64,000 nt of DNA from Octopus vulgaris (lineage: Eukaryota). Below are positions 1-15,398 of this stretch, piece by piece. The notes below the pieces were generated by a model that had not been told where the DNA came from, did no database searches, and saw only the letters and a list, made by a program, of their open reading frames with translations. The position numbers were made by a program, and so were the translations under genes. How positions within the stretch are numbered: position 1 is the first letter of the stretch; each line of letters begins with the position of its first letter. The DNA lies in contig OX597816.1 in the NCBI GenBank assembly GCA_951406725.2, forward strand, positions 139,562,001 through 139,626,000. Reading direction: 5' to 3'.

Positions 1-899
1 CAGCCTATGAGCACCGCTACCATCATTATTACTACAACCACCATCACTACCAATTCTGCCAATTATAGTCTTCTGAATGTACGTCAGGAGAAAAGATACG
101 TTACGCGAGGAGTAAGAAACAGAAAGAAAGCAAAATATCAAATGAAGGAGAAAAAGAGAGAAAGGGGAGGATAAAACAGAAAAAGAGATGAAGAAAGGAA
201 GTAAAGAAAAAAATGAAGAAAAGAAGGAACGAAGAAAATGTAGGAAGAATGAAAAGAATGAAAGAATAAGAAATGGGAGTGGAAGTTGCGGTAACAACAA
301 CGAAAAAGAACTCGTTAATATAATAATTCTAAATATCAAAGGAAATTAAAACTGCAGGCCATCTGTTCTCATTAGCTTTGATTTCATCCTATTTATTCTT
401 CACGGCCGCCCCCCTCTGTTATATAACACTACCCGCACATACTTTTTAATAGTGGTAAGTGCACTTATGATTGTTATTCGTATAAGGGCGGGTAATTGAC
501 AGAATGGGCAGGTCGTCGAATGTGATTAAATTCCTTGTGGTATCTCTGGTTCACGTCTCTTTTACGTTTTGAGGCCCAGTTTGTCTTTTGTACTCCTGCG
601 ATCGATGAAATAACGTAACAATCAGGCCTTTTCGTAAACGACATAAAAATATTGAGTGATGTCTTGAAGTATCATAAAGCAGGCTGCATATGGAAGACTA
701 TTTTCATCGATATGTGTATTAACTAACTCCCTGTCTCACAAACACATACAACTATACATACCGGTTATAACATCCTGGGGCCTTTCCTACCTATGTTTTG
801 TGAAAGTTCTTCAAGGCGCAGAACTGAGCAAAGATATTGCTGTTACACACACACACACACACACACACATATGTATGTATATTTATACATATGTGTATG

Positions 900-949
<50 letters not shown>

Positions 950-1270
950 GTGCGATCCGAAAAATCCTGGCATAGAAAGTTAGTAGGCTTCAAACGTACA
1001 CACAGCTAATACAGGTGACAAAAAAGTTGACAATATACGATAGAGCTTAATAACTGTCATATGTATACACTTTGCCCTATATTGAAATAAATGGAAAGCT
1101 AAGTCACTATACACCTCACTGATTAGTAACCATAGTTGTTAAATATGCGAATAGAAACCCACGAATGGGAAAATTAAACATATGAGTCATAGAGAAACAA
1201 TGTTATGTAACAAACATTGTTTACAATATTTACATTTGACGGATATTTGTCCTCATCTTGTTTGTTGTTA

Positions 1271-1307
1271 ATACAACGTTTTGGCTGATATACCCTACAG
1301 CCTTCAT
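1271..1307 (-). ncRNA. decayed minimal hammerhead remnant
   Basis: Minus strand ATGA-A-GGCTG..CAGCC-AAA-ACGT-T: stem II GGCTG/CAGCC and palindromic ACGT stem III remain; CUG lost and GAA changed to AAA. Confidence 0.35.
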
Positions 1308-1520
1308 TTCTTGGGGAAATTTCGAACCTGGGTTCTCATTCCTAAGGTATTTTTCGATGTTATTATTACAGGGTCTTTTGACAAATTCCGTAGTCGACAG
1401 CTTCTCTAATCGACCCTGGTCACGTACATGAAGCCGATTTTATAGGCTGTTCCCTCCTGCCAAAATGTATGATGGTGCACCTGGGATGAAAAACAGATTC
1501 ATTTTTCATGCATGCATGCA

Positions 1521-1567
<47 letters not shown>

Positions 1568-1692
1568 TGTATGCATGTATGTATGTATGTATGTATGTAT
1601 GCATGTATGTATGTATGTGTGTGTGTGTGTGAGTGTTTGTATATAGCTTTAATGTCGATTTTCTGTAAATTTTAAATAAACTAAACGACATT

Positions 1693-2003
1693 TCGTCGGT
1701 TACGACGACGATTGTTCCAGCTGATCTGATCATCGAAACAGCCTGTTCGTGAAATTAACGTGCAAGTGGTTGAGCACTCCATATTCAAGAATACTTTTAA
1801 TGCAGTTCTCAGGGAGATTCGGCGAGACACAGAATGTGAGAAAGTTGGCTATTTAGAAATACAGGTACTACTCATTTTTGCTAGCTGTGTGGATCGGAGC
1901 AACGTGAATTAAAACGTCTTGCTCAAGGACACAACGCGCCAACGGGAATCGAACTGATGACCATGCGATCGTGAGCCAAATACCCTTATCACTCGCGTGT
2001 GGC
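1693..2003 (-). mobile_element. tRNA-derived SINE family D (CORE-like body)
   Basis: Minus strand B-box GTTCGATTCCC, then GTGTCCTTGAGCAAGAC...GTTGCTCC CORE-like block; homologous to 45432-45570. Confidence 0.75.
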
Positions 2004-2371
2004 TTCGTGAATTCTAAATAAAAAAACAGGAGTTATTGTTAATTGAAGTTCCGGTGGAAATTTAGCCGTCTCTTGAGAAAGACATTTTTAGACTTTGCTT
2101 GTTTCCTTAGAGGGAAGCAGTCCATGGCCATAACTGGTTTCAAGGCGGCTTCGTTTGTCATAAGAGCAGTGCTTGTCTACCACACACACAAAGACATATC
2201 TATAGTTTCTTTTGGTATAAGGAAGGAAGCAAGGGAATTGCGTTCCTTATGCCCCCCCAAAAAATGATTATACCCAATTAAAATACTGCTATTTTGAAAA
2301 ATTGAAAACATGCTATTGTTTTGATGGAAAAGAAGATTAAGAGGCAAGTAAGAGAGATAGAAGCAAAATAC

Positions 2372-2800
2372 ATTGGTTTCAAATTTTAGCTCAGGACCAG
2401 CAATTTCGGGAGAAGGGTTAAGTCGATTACACCGATCCTAGTGTTCAACTAGTACTAACTCTATCGAACTCGAAAGGGATGAAAGACCAAGTCAATTCCG
2501 TCCGCATTTGAACTCGGAACGAAATGCCGCTAAGCATTTTATCACGAATGCTAATGATTCTGCAAGCTCGCTGCCTTCCACAGAGGCACAATATATATAT
2601 TGATTTCCAATTTTGACACATGGCCAACAAGTACGCGGAGAGGTGGTAAGTCGATTACTTCGATCCCACTCTTCAACAGGTACTTATTTTATTGACCCTG
2701 AATGGTTGACAGGCAAAGTTGACCCGTCGGTATTTGAACTCAGAACTTAAAGACAGACGACATGTCGCTAAGCATTTTTCCCGGCGTGCTAAGCCTTCCA
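2372..2800 (-). mobile_element. two adjacent diverged SINE family A copies
   Basis: Two matches to the reverse complement of GGCGGCGAGCTGGCAGAA...GAGTTCAAAT...GTCGAC family seen at 62247. Confidence 0.8.
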
Positions 2801-2987
2801 CAAAGAGATAATATATTGCATTAAAATTAACCGACTGTTGTAATTATTATATCAAATATTGAGAAGAAGAGTGTTTCTATATTGCCTTTCCAAAAAAAAC
2901 AGCCGAATCTCCCCTAAATCACACCCTAATATCTAATACAAATAATAAAAAAATGATTGGATAATATATTTCTAGATACACCATGAG

Positions 2988-3151
2988 CACTTGCGTAGCT
3001 AGGCGGGCGGTAGGGGCGATCCGCTCCGGGCGGCACTTTTAAAGAGATGGTACATTTAGGTCTGCTGTAGGCAATATGTGTTTTTTGTGGGGTCCGAGTG
3101 TAGCAAACAGAAGGGCCGCTCCGGGTGGCACACACTCTAGCTATGCAAGTG
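2988..3151. mobile_element. hAT-like MITE
   Basis: 15-bp TIRs CACTTGCGTAGCTAG / CTAGCTATGCAAGTG (1 mismatch); 8-bp TSD-like flanks ACCATGAG / ACTATGAC. Confidence 0.7.
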
Positions 3152-3701
3152 ACTATGACGTAATAAAACGAAAATAAGAAATGGTGTCTGTTGGTAGCCT
3201 TTGATCATATTAATTAGGGCTTACCTAGGGTTAAATGACAACAGCAACAACAACTACAACGAGCGACAATCAGCCTCGAAGAGAAAAAGTCCACATGCAG
3301 TGGACTTGTAGCTTACGCCATATATATACATTCACATCGTTAAACAGAAATAATCAGTTTGTAGTGTGTTAAGCTACTCGCTATACTTTTAAGCCGGTTT
3401 TATTCGTATTTATTAGATTTATGTTTCCTGTGTATTAAGCTATCCTTGTTAAAATTAAGAGCTGTCATGCTATAGGTAATAGTTTCATTCGAAGTAGAAA
3501 TATCAACCATGCAATAAACAGGTGGGAAGCATATATATCTTTATAATTTAGATACTGCTGGAACATTACTCGTTATGATTTGGCTTGTAAACTATAACAC
3601 ACTCAACGTTTCTTAAGTCAATTACTTGAGGTCTGCTGAAGATTATTCAACTATACATCTATGATATAATAGATGCATTATTTACATACAAACATATATA
3701 C

Positions 3702-4195
<494 letters not shown>

Positions 4196-4719
4196 ATTCT
4201 CCTTTAAATAAATAGCATTGAGATGCACAGTTCATAAACGTACATGGGTGGCAATAGTTAATAATTGACGAATGCCTTGTCAACTTCCTGTACATTCTCA
4301 ATATATATTATGTTTCTAATAACATTTATCACATTTTGCGAGGAGTTACTGTCGAAGCGTTTTAGGATTTTCTACATAAAGATACGATGCGATGGTCATA
4401 CGTTTGTCCAGAACATGTGATATATTTACAACTGACAGCTAAGTGAATTGAAGTAATGTAGAATAATGTTTCATGCATAGAAATACAAAGAAACACAACA
4501 TATTCGAACCCATGACATTTGTGCTGGTACTGCATTATTTTATCTCCTAGGGCACATTTCTAATGCAAGACTGTAAATTGTGACGGTGGGAGTCACCAAT
4601 ACAATAGAGTTACCTAACTAGAGTACCTGACAAAGTACATTATTTTACTGACTCCTAACTTTCTCAGTTCTGTGTTCATGTTCAACTACCCTGTGTATAT
4701 ATTTTCGGTTTATCATAGA

Positions 4720-4876
4720 TGCGGGTGTGACTGTGTGGTAAGAAGCTTACTTCCCAACCACATTGTACCGGGTTCAGTCCCACTGCGTGCCACTTGGGCA
4801 AGTGTCTTTTACTATAGCGTCGGGCAACCAAAGCCTTGTGTGTAGATTTGGTAGTCAGAAACTGAAAAAAGACTGT

Positions 4877-4914
<38 letters not shown>

Positions 4915-5151
4915 TCTGTGAGTGCGTCTTTGTATCTGTGTCTGTTCCCTTACCACCGCTTGACAACCAGCGTTCGTGTGTCTACGTCGTGTGTCTACAT
5001 CCCCGTAACTTAGCGGTTCGGGAAAAGAAACGGATAGAATAAGTACCTGGCTTAAAAAGAAAATAAGACCTGTGGTTGATTTGTTCGACCAAAACCTTCA
5101 AGGCGGTGCTCCAACATGGCCGCAATCAACTGTCTAAAACAAATAAAAGAT
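4720..5151 (+). mobile_element. tRNA-derived SINE family B
   Basis: B-box GGTTCAGTCCC, internal (TA)n, tail GGCGGTGCTCC..CATGGCCGCA; homologous to 19494-19912. Confidence 0.85.
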
Positions 5152-5254
5152 TACCTCGGTTAAACATATAGCTGTGATTTAGATCGATTTTATATTTTGT
5201 AAAACACGGCAGTGATTCTCAAGCTGGCAAATATTACACTCCACCAAAAATATT

Positions 5255-5405
5255 CGTTTCTACTCGAGGCCCGAAATTTTTTTTTGTGGGGGGACCAGTC
5301 GATTAGATCGACTCTAGCACGCAATTGGTACTTAATTTATCGACCTCGATAGGATGAAAGGCAAAGTCGACCTCGGCGGAATTTGAACTCAGAACGTAAA
5401 GACAG
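5255..5405 (-). mobile_element. SINE family A, partial
   Basis: GGATGAAAGGCAAAGTCGACCTCGGCGGAATTTGAACTCAGAACG family core. Confidence 0.85.
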
Positions 5406-5531
5406 ATCTCCACGAAAAATATTAGTGAAAATGTCGCCTTCTCCTGTATTATTAATATAAAATACAGAGTTCATCTATGTCATTCTGCCGTTTACGGAAG
5501 AAATATATACATGCATGCACGCACAGACAAT

Positions 5532-5740
5532 TTTTTAATCTTTTACCTGTTTCAGTCATTCGACTACGCCCATGCTGGGGCAATACCTTGAAGAATTTTA
5601 GTCGAACGAATAGACCCCAGTACTTAATTTTGTGTTTTAAGTCTGATAGTTATTCTATCGGTCTTTTTGTTGCCAAACAGCTAAGTTATGGGGACGTAAA
5701 CAACCAACACCGGTTGCCAAGTAGTGGTGGTGGACAAAGG

Positions 5741-5837
<97 letters not shown>

Positions 5838-5971
5838 GTATACACGAGGGTCTTCTTTCAGTTTCTTTCTGCTAAATCCACTCACAAGGCTTTACTCGGC
5901 CCGGAGTTACAGTAGAATACAATTGCCCAAGGTGCCACGTAGGGGACTGAACCCGAAACCATGTGATTTGG
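5532..5971 (-). mobile_element. SINE family B
   Basis: Reverse-complement match with internal (CA)n(TA)n. Confidence 0.85.
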
Positions 5972-7613
5972 TATGTGTGTGTTTGTGTGTGTAATCTTAC
6001 ACCCACCTTTATACCTTTATAACGAGACCAATGAAACCTTTTACTACAGAGTTAGTGGGGAAGAGCATAGAGTCCACGAAATGATTTCAATTTCTGGTTG
6101 ACTTCAATTTATTTCATATATGGTTCTAAAACAGTTGAAAAAATTATTGAACCGTTTCATAATTTACAAGATCTCGTGATCTTTGTACTTGAATTTAAAT
6201 ATTATCGATCAACGATTTGGGACTAGCTAAAACGTTTAAACTACGTACGGCAAAATAAGAGAACAGTTCCGCTAATTTGTTAAACATAAGAGGGGGAGTT
6301 CAATATAATGAAAGATCTTTGTCGCTATTATATGGAATATTTTAGTTACGACTGTGCTAATATATACATTTCAACGGCTCAATTGTCAAACCAGCCGCCC
6401 ATTAAACAAACAAGTTTTATAGATTGCTTAATATTTTCGGCACGACCGAGGCTGATAATTTGGTACCTGTGAATATAAAGTGTTTACAGTAGTCGGACAA
6501 TAGTTTAACAGTGCTTTGTGTAGAATTTAACTATCAGCTTTCGAATTGGTAATATAAAATATAAATACTGCTTTAGACGGGCTGAATGAGATTAAATTTC
6601 TTTCTCTACATCACGCACACGTGGTTTATTAATATGTAAAGTGGTGTGGTCTGAACATGTTCGAGAATGTTGGAGGATTAGTTCTGATATACACAATAGT
6701 GTGTGTGTGTGTGTGTGTGTGTGTGCGTATGCATGTGTGTGTGTGTGTGTACACATACATGTGTGTGTATATGCATGTCTGTTGTATATGCACATACATA
6801 CATATATAGATGTACATATGCGTGCGTGTATATATGTGTGGCATATATACATATATACATGTACGTATGTATGAATGTATGTATGCTGTATGTATGTATG
6901 CATATGTATATGTATCTGTATGTACATAAATATATATTTATATATAATGTATAGATGTATGTACATACATACATACATCCATATATACAGACACACATTT
7001 ATTTATACATATAATCTGTGTATGCGAGATTCGCTTGTGTTTGTGAAAGTGGCGTCAGTTTGTATGCGTATGTATGTGAGTGTGTATGTGTGTTCATGTG
7101 CGTGCATATACGTATGCTTGAGTGTTCAGAAGCTGTAAGGGAGGAAGGGTGAGAGAACAGATACAAAGGTGGAAGTTACAGCTGGATGAAAGTACACATA
7201 TGGATTAGTGAAATTCTAGGAGAGAAATAGAAGTATCATCGGAACATATGACGGAACAAATGCAGAGAAAGAGATAGATAGAGAGAGAGAGAGACAAACA
7301 GATAGACAGACAGAGAGAGAAAGACAGAGAGAGAGAAGTAAGATGGAGGGAAACAGCAGCGGTTACTGAGCGATAGAGACATTGAACACTAAAGGCACTC
7401 TATGTCACGTAAGCAAATGGAAGGAACGGACAACAATCTTCGCTGTTCTTTTGAATGACTTAATCACAGAAGGGAGCGCAGTGCCCGCGTGTCTTAACGG
7501 GAGCTATTCGGGAGAGGAAAGAAATTTATTCTCAGTCGGAGATTTGGCTCGTTTCTTTGCATCAGAGCAGCTTTGGTTAAAACGACCAAGTTGTGGTGGT
7601 AGCAGTGGTGATG

Positions 7614-7647
<34 letters not shown>

Positions 7648-7796
7648 GCAGCAGCAGTAGTAGTGTCTCCTCTCTCTCATCTCTCTCTTGCCTCTCCCTC
7701 GCTCTCTCTCCTCTCTCTCTCGTTATAAATATATATATTTATATGTATACACATAGATATATATACATACATTCATACATACGTACATACATACAT

Positions 7797-8230
7797 CTCT
7801 ACTCAGGTTACAATTTCAGGTATATACCTGTAATTATTGGGGCACTGGGATGTGTTACACGTTGTCTAAATACCAGTCTTTAGAAATTAGGCTTCTCAAA
7901 ACCAGAAAGGAGAAAGCTAATTCGAAGTCTACAGATCCAATCCATCACTAGAACTGTAAAATTCTGTGAAACTTTTCAGAAGTATATATGAGCATATCTA
8001 GATATGCAAGTATATGCATGACAATAAATACATATAAATCTGCACACATACATACATACATACATACATACATACATACATACATACATACATACATACA
8101 TACATACATACATACATACATACATACCCTGTTATTGATGTTGAAATTCTAATGAAGGTGGCTTGAAGCTAGGTTAGAAACCGGCTCTTTCTTTATTGGC
8201 AAGAAATCTTGAAATAAAACTGAAGAATGA
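7797..8230 (+). mobile_element. 5'-truncated R4/Dong-like (RLE) non-LTR retrotransposon 3' end
   Basis: Translates YSGYNFRYIPVIIGALGCVTRCLNTSL*KLGFSKPERRKLIRSLQIQSITRTVKFCETFQK. PVIIGALG resembles the C-terminus of restriction-like endonuclease LINE ORFs; flanked by (CATA)n; second copy at 46298. Confidence 0.7.
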
Positions 8231-8781
8231 TATACATACATGCGTACATACATGCACATACACATAACAAAGCAGATACGTTAACATGTGTCCCGAGTTA
8301 CACATATGTTACAGAAGACTGTTGTATATGGTTTGAGAGAGGAGTGCAAGGTCGGATTAAGTGCCATGTAGACCTGAAACACTTAAAAGATTTTGGTACC
8401 CCCATAAGTATGCAATTCAAAATATAAGCAATAATAACCCATAAATTAATTGGGACAGAAACGAGCAACATGAAACAGCCTGGTCACTATAATAGCATCA
8501 GTCTTAACATGTCATCTTCCACTCTACACACATCTTAGCAACGATGTTTTTCTATTTTTCACTTGTCCACATGCTTTGACAGGGGTGTCATAACCCCCAA
8601 AATATAAGAGATATAAGGTCAAACTCAATTTTGTTTGCCTCTTGTATTGTTTCAGCCTTACTTAAACAAATCTCTTTAATTTAACTTTACACAATTCTTC
8701 ACCAGAGCTATTCCATATATATGTCTGTTTGTTTGTGTGCGTGTGTATAAATGTGTTTCTCTCTCTCCCCCTCTGTCATTC

Positions 8782-8856
<75 letters not shown>

Positions 8857-8986
8857 ACACACAAATATATATATATATAATAACGGAGTAAGCACATAAA
8901 TGCGAAACAAGGTGGAAAAAATAGTACTCAAATACCAGAGGTAGAGTAATATGCTTTATTAAAAAGCAAAAAAAGTATCAAACAAG

Positions 8987-9024
8987 CTGCTACTCAGAGT
9001 TTCACGTTCTCGTTCGTCGGACAG
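8987..9024 (-). ncRNA. minimal type I hammerhead motif (U4C variant)
   Basis: Minus: CTGT-CCGACGA-ACG AGAA CGT-GAA-ACTC T GAGT-A-GCAG; AATAAA about 30 nt downstream; element 8877-9030 abuts (TA)n. Confidence 0.6.
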
Positions 9025-9039
9025 TTTAGTTTAGAATAT

Positions 9040-9089
<50 letters not shown>

Positions 9090-9534
9090 GTACAGACATA
9101 GATTGTGAGTAAGACTTTTGTGCTACAACTACGTTGTTCTGTACACAATAGTACTGTTCAACAACTTTAGCCCAAGATACGGTCATACGTGTTAAGTTGA
9201 ATTTCGTGAACGGTAAAAAGATTGTGGTGTGTGCGTGTGCGTATGTGTGTATGTGTGTGTGCGTGCGTGTGTGCGTGCGTGCATATGTGCGTACGTGTGT
9301 GTGTATGTATGTAGACCGTTTATTCCTGTGTCTGCAATGTTTCTGTTTATGTTGCATCTCTTATGTCCATCCAGCAAACCAGCCTTCCGACAAGGAGTTC
9401 CATTAAATAGCAACGTATCACTGTATCGACCAGACTATCGATTGCGAATACACCTATTGCTGTAGCCTTCTAATGGTGCTAATGCGCTGACAAGGCAGGC
9501 CGACCAACATTTCTTCTGAACCCCAGTCCGTACC

Positions 9535-9678
9535 AAGGTTACTCATATACAGTTGAGTGAACTGGAGCAACCCGAAACGAAGTGTTTTGCTGAAGAACAC
9601 AACGCACCACCAGTCTGAGAAACGAAACCACGATCTCGTAATCGTAAAAGCAACACCCTAACCACAAGGCTACGCACG
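9535..9678 (-). mobile_element. SINE family D, diverged head and core
   Basis: CAGTTGAGTGAACTGGAGCAAC...GAACACAACGC...CCCTAACCAC matches 1880-2003. Confidence 0.65.
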
Positions 9679-10387
9679 TTTACCCATAAAGCATATTCCA
9701 GCTGGAAAAAAAAAACTGAGGTCGATTTTGTTCAACTAAAACACCTTTGAAAGCGGTGCCCCAGCAGGAGTACAATTCAAAGACTGTGTGTAACTAAGAA
9801 AAGAATAACAAGATATATGTTTGTGTTTGTATGTGTAGTCAGTTTTATTTTCCATCCTACGTTGGCATTTTTATTATTATTAAATTTCAATTTTCCTCCA
9901 AACTATTTCTTCAAAATAAAGGTAGGTGTTATTCAGAAACTAAATCTCATGTCAGTTATGTATTATTTAATTTGTAATTGATGACTGTCAACTGATCTCA
10001 TTAATTCGGAGAGTAATTAACATGTATTTAAAGATTAATTACAGACAAGTCACTGTTGTTGACTGGTGTGTTCCTGTGACAGCTGGGTGATTCTCTTCGC
10101 ACTGTTTACACCAGACATCATCACGGAACTTCGGCAAAATAGCTATTTTATGGCTTCTGACATCTTTATCACGCACATTTACACACACACACACACACAC
10201 ACACATACAAACACACACACACACACACACAAGCACACACACATACACGCGCATGCACAGGCACATACATATACACTTATGCATGTGCACGCACATATAT
10301 TTACACTACACACACACTCATACTTATATACATATATGTGTGTACTGATATATATCCATGCATAGATATAAATACATATTTTATATG

Positions 10388-10462
<75 letters not shown>

Positions 10463-10787
10463 ATATACACAAACATTTTTACCAGTACAAATATATAAAG
10501 CATAAATGTACACGCGTACATACATAGACACACACATATACATCCATAAATATATACATAACTACATACATATATATGTATACATACATACATACATACA
10601 TGCATACATACATACATATATGCATACATACATACATACATACATACATGCAGTCATACACAGACGCACACGTAAACACTCTGACGCGTACACAATATGG
10701 CGCTGATGTTACAACGGACACACTGTTGACACTGGAAGAGATTCTGAAAGAGATTAGGTGTGTTTAAAGCAAAATAGGAAAATATAA

Positions 10788-11065
10788 TGATGACGATGAT
10801 GATGATGTTGACGGTGATGATGATGCTGACGAAGATGTTCGCGACTACGACGACGACGACGATGGTGGGGATGGTGGTGGTGGTGGATGTGGAGGTGGTT
10901 GTGGTGATGGTGGCGATGATGATGATGGTGGTGGTGACAGCGGTTGAGACGTCGACGGCGGTGGCGGTGGCGATGGTGTTGGTGGCGGTGGCGATGGTGT
11001 TGGTGGCGGTGGCGATGGTGTTGGTGGCGGTGGCGATGGTGTTGGCGGCGGGTGTTGATGATACG
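10788..11065. repeat. GAT/GGT/GGC low-complexity tract with 4 exact 21-bp tandem units
   Basis: GGTGGCGGTGGCGATGGTGTT x4 at 10960-11043. Confidence 0.9.
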
Positions 11066-11455
11066 ATGAAACCAAGAACGAAAAAAAAGTACATAACATA
11101 AAAATAGGTCAAGATGAATGATGAGGAGGAGACGAAAGGGAAAGATGATGAAGATGATGATGATGAATGTTTTCACACACTATTAGAAGGAATGTTGAGT
11201 ACACATTGAAGTAAGGTCTATAGAACTTCTTAACTTAAGCTGTTGCCGTTATAACCTTTAACTGCGTGACATGGATGTAGGTTTACATCCAACGTAAATG
11301 GATGGATGGAGCGAGGGGGAGGAGAGGAAGGGATGGAGGGATAGCTGGTTAGTTGGCTGGGTGAATGGCTGGATGACTCGATGGATGGATGGATGGATGG
11401 ATCGATTGATAGATGGATGAATGTATGAGTGGAAGGATGCATCGATCGATCGATC

Positions 11456-11485
11456 CGAACGGGAACGTGAAACTCCGAGTAACAG
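11456..11485 (+). ncRNA. 5'-truncated hammerhead, same family as 8987-9024
   Basis: CGA-ACG GGAA CGT-GAA-ACTC C GAGT-A-ACAG; stem I 5' strand and CUGA missing. Confidence 0.5.
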
Positions 11486-11505
11486 GTTTTGTTGAATTTC
11501 TGCTG

Positions 11506-11539
<34 letters not shown>

Positions 11540-11592
11540 GTTTAAATATTTGTTGTGCAAGATTTTTTATGTGAAGTCGTGTGTTGAAACAG

Positions 11593-11651
11593 ATATTGTT
11601 ATATTTCGGAATGGTCATATGGAATATGACCATTCCGAAATATAACAATAT
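11593..11651. repeat. perfect hairpin, 28-bp arms, 3-nt loop, in a (TA)n-embedded element
   Basis: ATATTGTTATATTTCGGAATGGTCATAT-GGA-ATATGACCATTCCGAAATATAACAATAT. Confidence 0.95.
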
Positions 11652-11770
11652 ATATATATATATATATAGTTAATCCAAACATGAAAACACAAAGAGAAAA
11701 CACAACAACGCGAAGACGTGGAACAAGTATAGTGTTATTGGACGCTCGGGAAAGGAAAGAAAGAAGGAGG

Positions 11771-11806
11771 GTTTGACGTTTCGAGAGGGAGCTCTTCGTC
11801 AGAAAC
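11771..11806 (-). ncRNA. minimal type I hammerhead ribozyme, canonical core
   Basis: Minus: GTTT-CTGACGA-A-GAG CTCCCT CTC-GAA-ACGT-C-AAAC; GUC cleavage triplet; element 11668-11892 between (TA)n runs. Confidence 0.75.
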
Positions 11807-11890
11807 ATAGGAAAAAGAAAGATCCAAGGAAGGAAAGACGGAGGAAAAAAAATCGCCAACGGTACACACGCGGTCACACACACAGACATG

Positions 11891-11963
<73 letters not shown>

Positions 11964-12213
11964 TGAATAGATTCATGCTGACATGTTGCATATATTTAGT
12001 CATGTCTATCTCCTGCACAAGTGGAATTGTCCGGGTCATAATCTTCCTTAGCTAGATGCAAATTCATCTCTAGTTTCAATAAAGGAAGCAAAGTTGTTGC
12101 CGTTGTTTCCCATGTGTAGCTTCGAGTCAATTCCTGAACGACAAAATGCAATCCACACATATATTACATTAGATATAAAATTCCTAGTTTAACCTATGAC
12201 TATGCCATACACA

Positions 12214-12376
12214 CAGTGCCGGATTTACTATTGTGCTTAGTTGAGGACCGCGTTGACCATGGGGGAGGGCATCTTTCTGCCCATTAAAATTTTTTACGAT
12301 GAATGCCTAACTGTTCAAGTAAAGAGCCACATAACTTAACTGGCACAGGGCCTCATTTGTCCTAAATCTAGCACTA
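12214..12376. mobile_element. hAT-like MITE
   Basis: Imperfect 14-bp TIRs CAGTGCCGGATTTA / TAAATCTAGCACTA; TSD-like CATACACA / TATACAAA. Confidence 0.55.
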
Positions 12377-12800
12377 TATACAAACTTTCTCAAGCAATGG
12401 ATAATCGTATCAGATGCTGTGTTACACTTTGGATATGTTATACTCTCTATTGTTCAAACTATTCCTATACAAAACTGTTTCGATCCATCAGAGAAACCTT
12501 AGCATGATCGCTAGTGAAATCACACAATTTTCTTCATCATAACCGTCTAAGAACATTATGTATCTCTAGTTTTCAGTAAATTCTGTGGGTGGATATAGAG
12601 TTACACGAAGTAGGGTCTACGATAGAATAAACCTATGAGGATAGTACTTACGTAAATCAAGGAAAATTAATTAAATACCTTATATCTGAAGGTTTATTTT
12701 ATAGAATTTCAAAACATCACAAAATTCGAACCCTGCTAACTCTTCGGTAATGTATACTTTCATTTGTTTTCTAATCTGTCTGTCTATCTATCTATCTATC

Positions 12801-12862
<62 letters not shown>

Positions 12863-12883
12863 TGTGTGTATATATATATATGC

Positions 12884-14214
<1,331 letters not shown>

Positions 14215-14216
<2 letters not shown>

Positions 14217-14792
14217 GAAAAAAAAACACGATAGAGGACAATAAAACATCCGGACAGATAGACGATACAAAGGCGGACAGGGGAAACAACAATTAGAAGG
14301 ACTGAAAAAAAAAAAAAGACGGGTCATTCGTGGCCTGCTTTCAACAGTCACATTTACTAGAAGTCCTTATTGTTTCGGACAGTTACAATTGAGACAGTTC
14401 GAGCTAAGAGCATGAAAATTTTTTTTGTAAGAAAGCTAGCGAATGCGTACGGCAACGAAGACAAAAAACCGAGGACATGGTACGCAATAACAAACTCAAA
14501 CAAGAAAATAACAACAGGTGTCTTTCGACTGAGAACGAATCAAATTGAGCTGGCGCATATGAAGTGAAAGCCTAAAGGCAGGAACAACTGGAGCAACTGT
14601 CTTCGAAGACCCATACTGTCGTTCAATGCTAGAAATGGGGGAGTAAATAGATAGCCGACAACTGATGAAGGGTCGTTCTTTGTGTTACTTGTCCTGTTTA
14701 CCATTGGTCTCTCCCCTTCTTTGCGTATTTAACTCATTTGTTTTCGTATTTCATATTGTTTACTGTTGGTGACGTCCTGTACCCATATATGC
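14215..14792. mobile_element. unclassified (TA)n-associated interspersed repeat, possibly Penelope-related
   Basis: Left part similar to 57742-57857; right end GTCCTGTACCCATATATGC similar to 15685-15703; contains CTGATGAAGGG. Confidence 0.45.
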
Positions 14793-14794
14793 CT

Positions 14795-15008
14795 CTTTTG
14801 TTTTTACTTGTTTCAGTCATTTGACTGTGGCCATACAGGAGCATCGCCTTTAATCAAGCAACTCGACCCCGGGACTTATTCTTTGTAAGCCCAGTACTTA
14901 TTCTATCGGTCTCTTTTGCCGAACCGCTAAGTGGCGGGGACATAAACACACCAGCATCGGTTGTCAAGCAATGGTAGGGGGACAAATACAGACACACAAA
15001 CATACACG

Positions 15009-15040
<32 letters not shown>

Positions 15041-15201
15041 ACAGGATTCTTTCAGTTTCCGTCTAACAAATCCACTCACAAGGCTTTGGTCGGCCCGAGG
15101 CTATAGTAGAAGACACTTGCCCAAGGTGCCACGCAGTGAGACTGAACCCAAAACCATGTAGTTCGTATGCAAGCTACTTACCACACAGCCACTCCTGCGC
15201 C
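14795..15201 (-). mobile_element. SINE family B, full length
   Basis: Ends CCACACAGCCACTCCTGCGCC (head); tail GTTTCAGTCATTTGACTG. Confidence 0.9.
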
Positions 15202-15208
15202 TATATGC

Positions 15209-15240
<32 letters not shown>

Positions 15241-15328
15241 ATGTTTATATATATATATATGTGTGTATGTATATGTTTATATATATATATATGTGTGTAT
15301 GTGTGCGTGTGTATACAAATATTTATAT

Positions 15329-15392
<64 letters not shown>

Positions 15393-15398
<6 letters not shown>

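Noticed and set aside
8150-8200. GAAACCGG motif in the R4/Dong-like 3' UTR
   Set aside because: No valid core; region deleted in the second copy.
9100-9220. Mariner-like N-terminal fragment (KVVEQYYCVQNNVVVAQKSY)
   Set aside because: Too short, no TIRs or catalytic region nearby.
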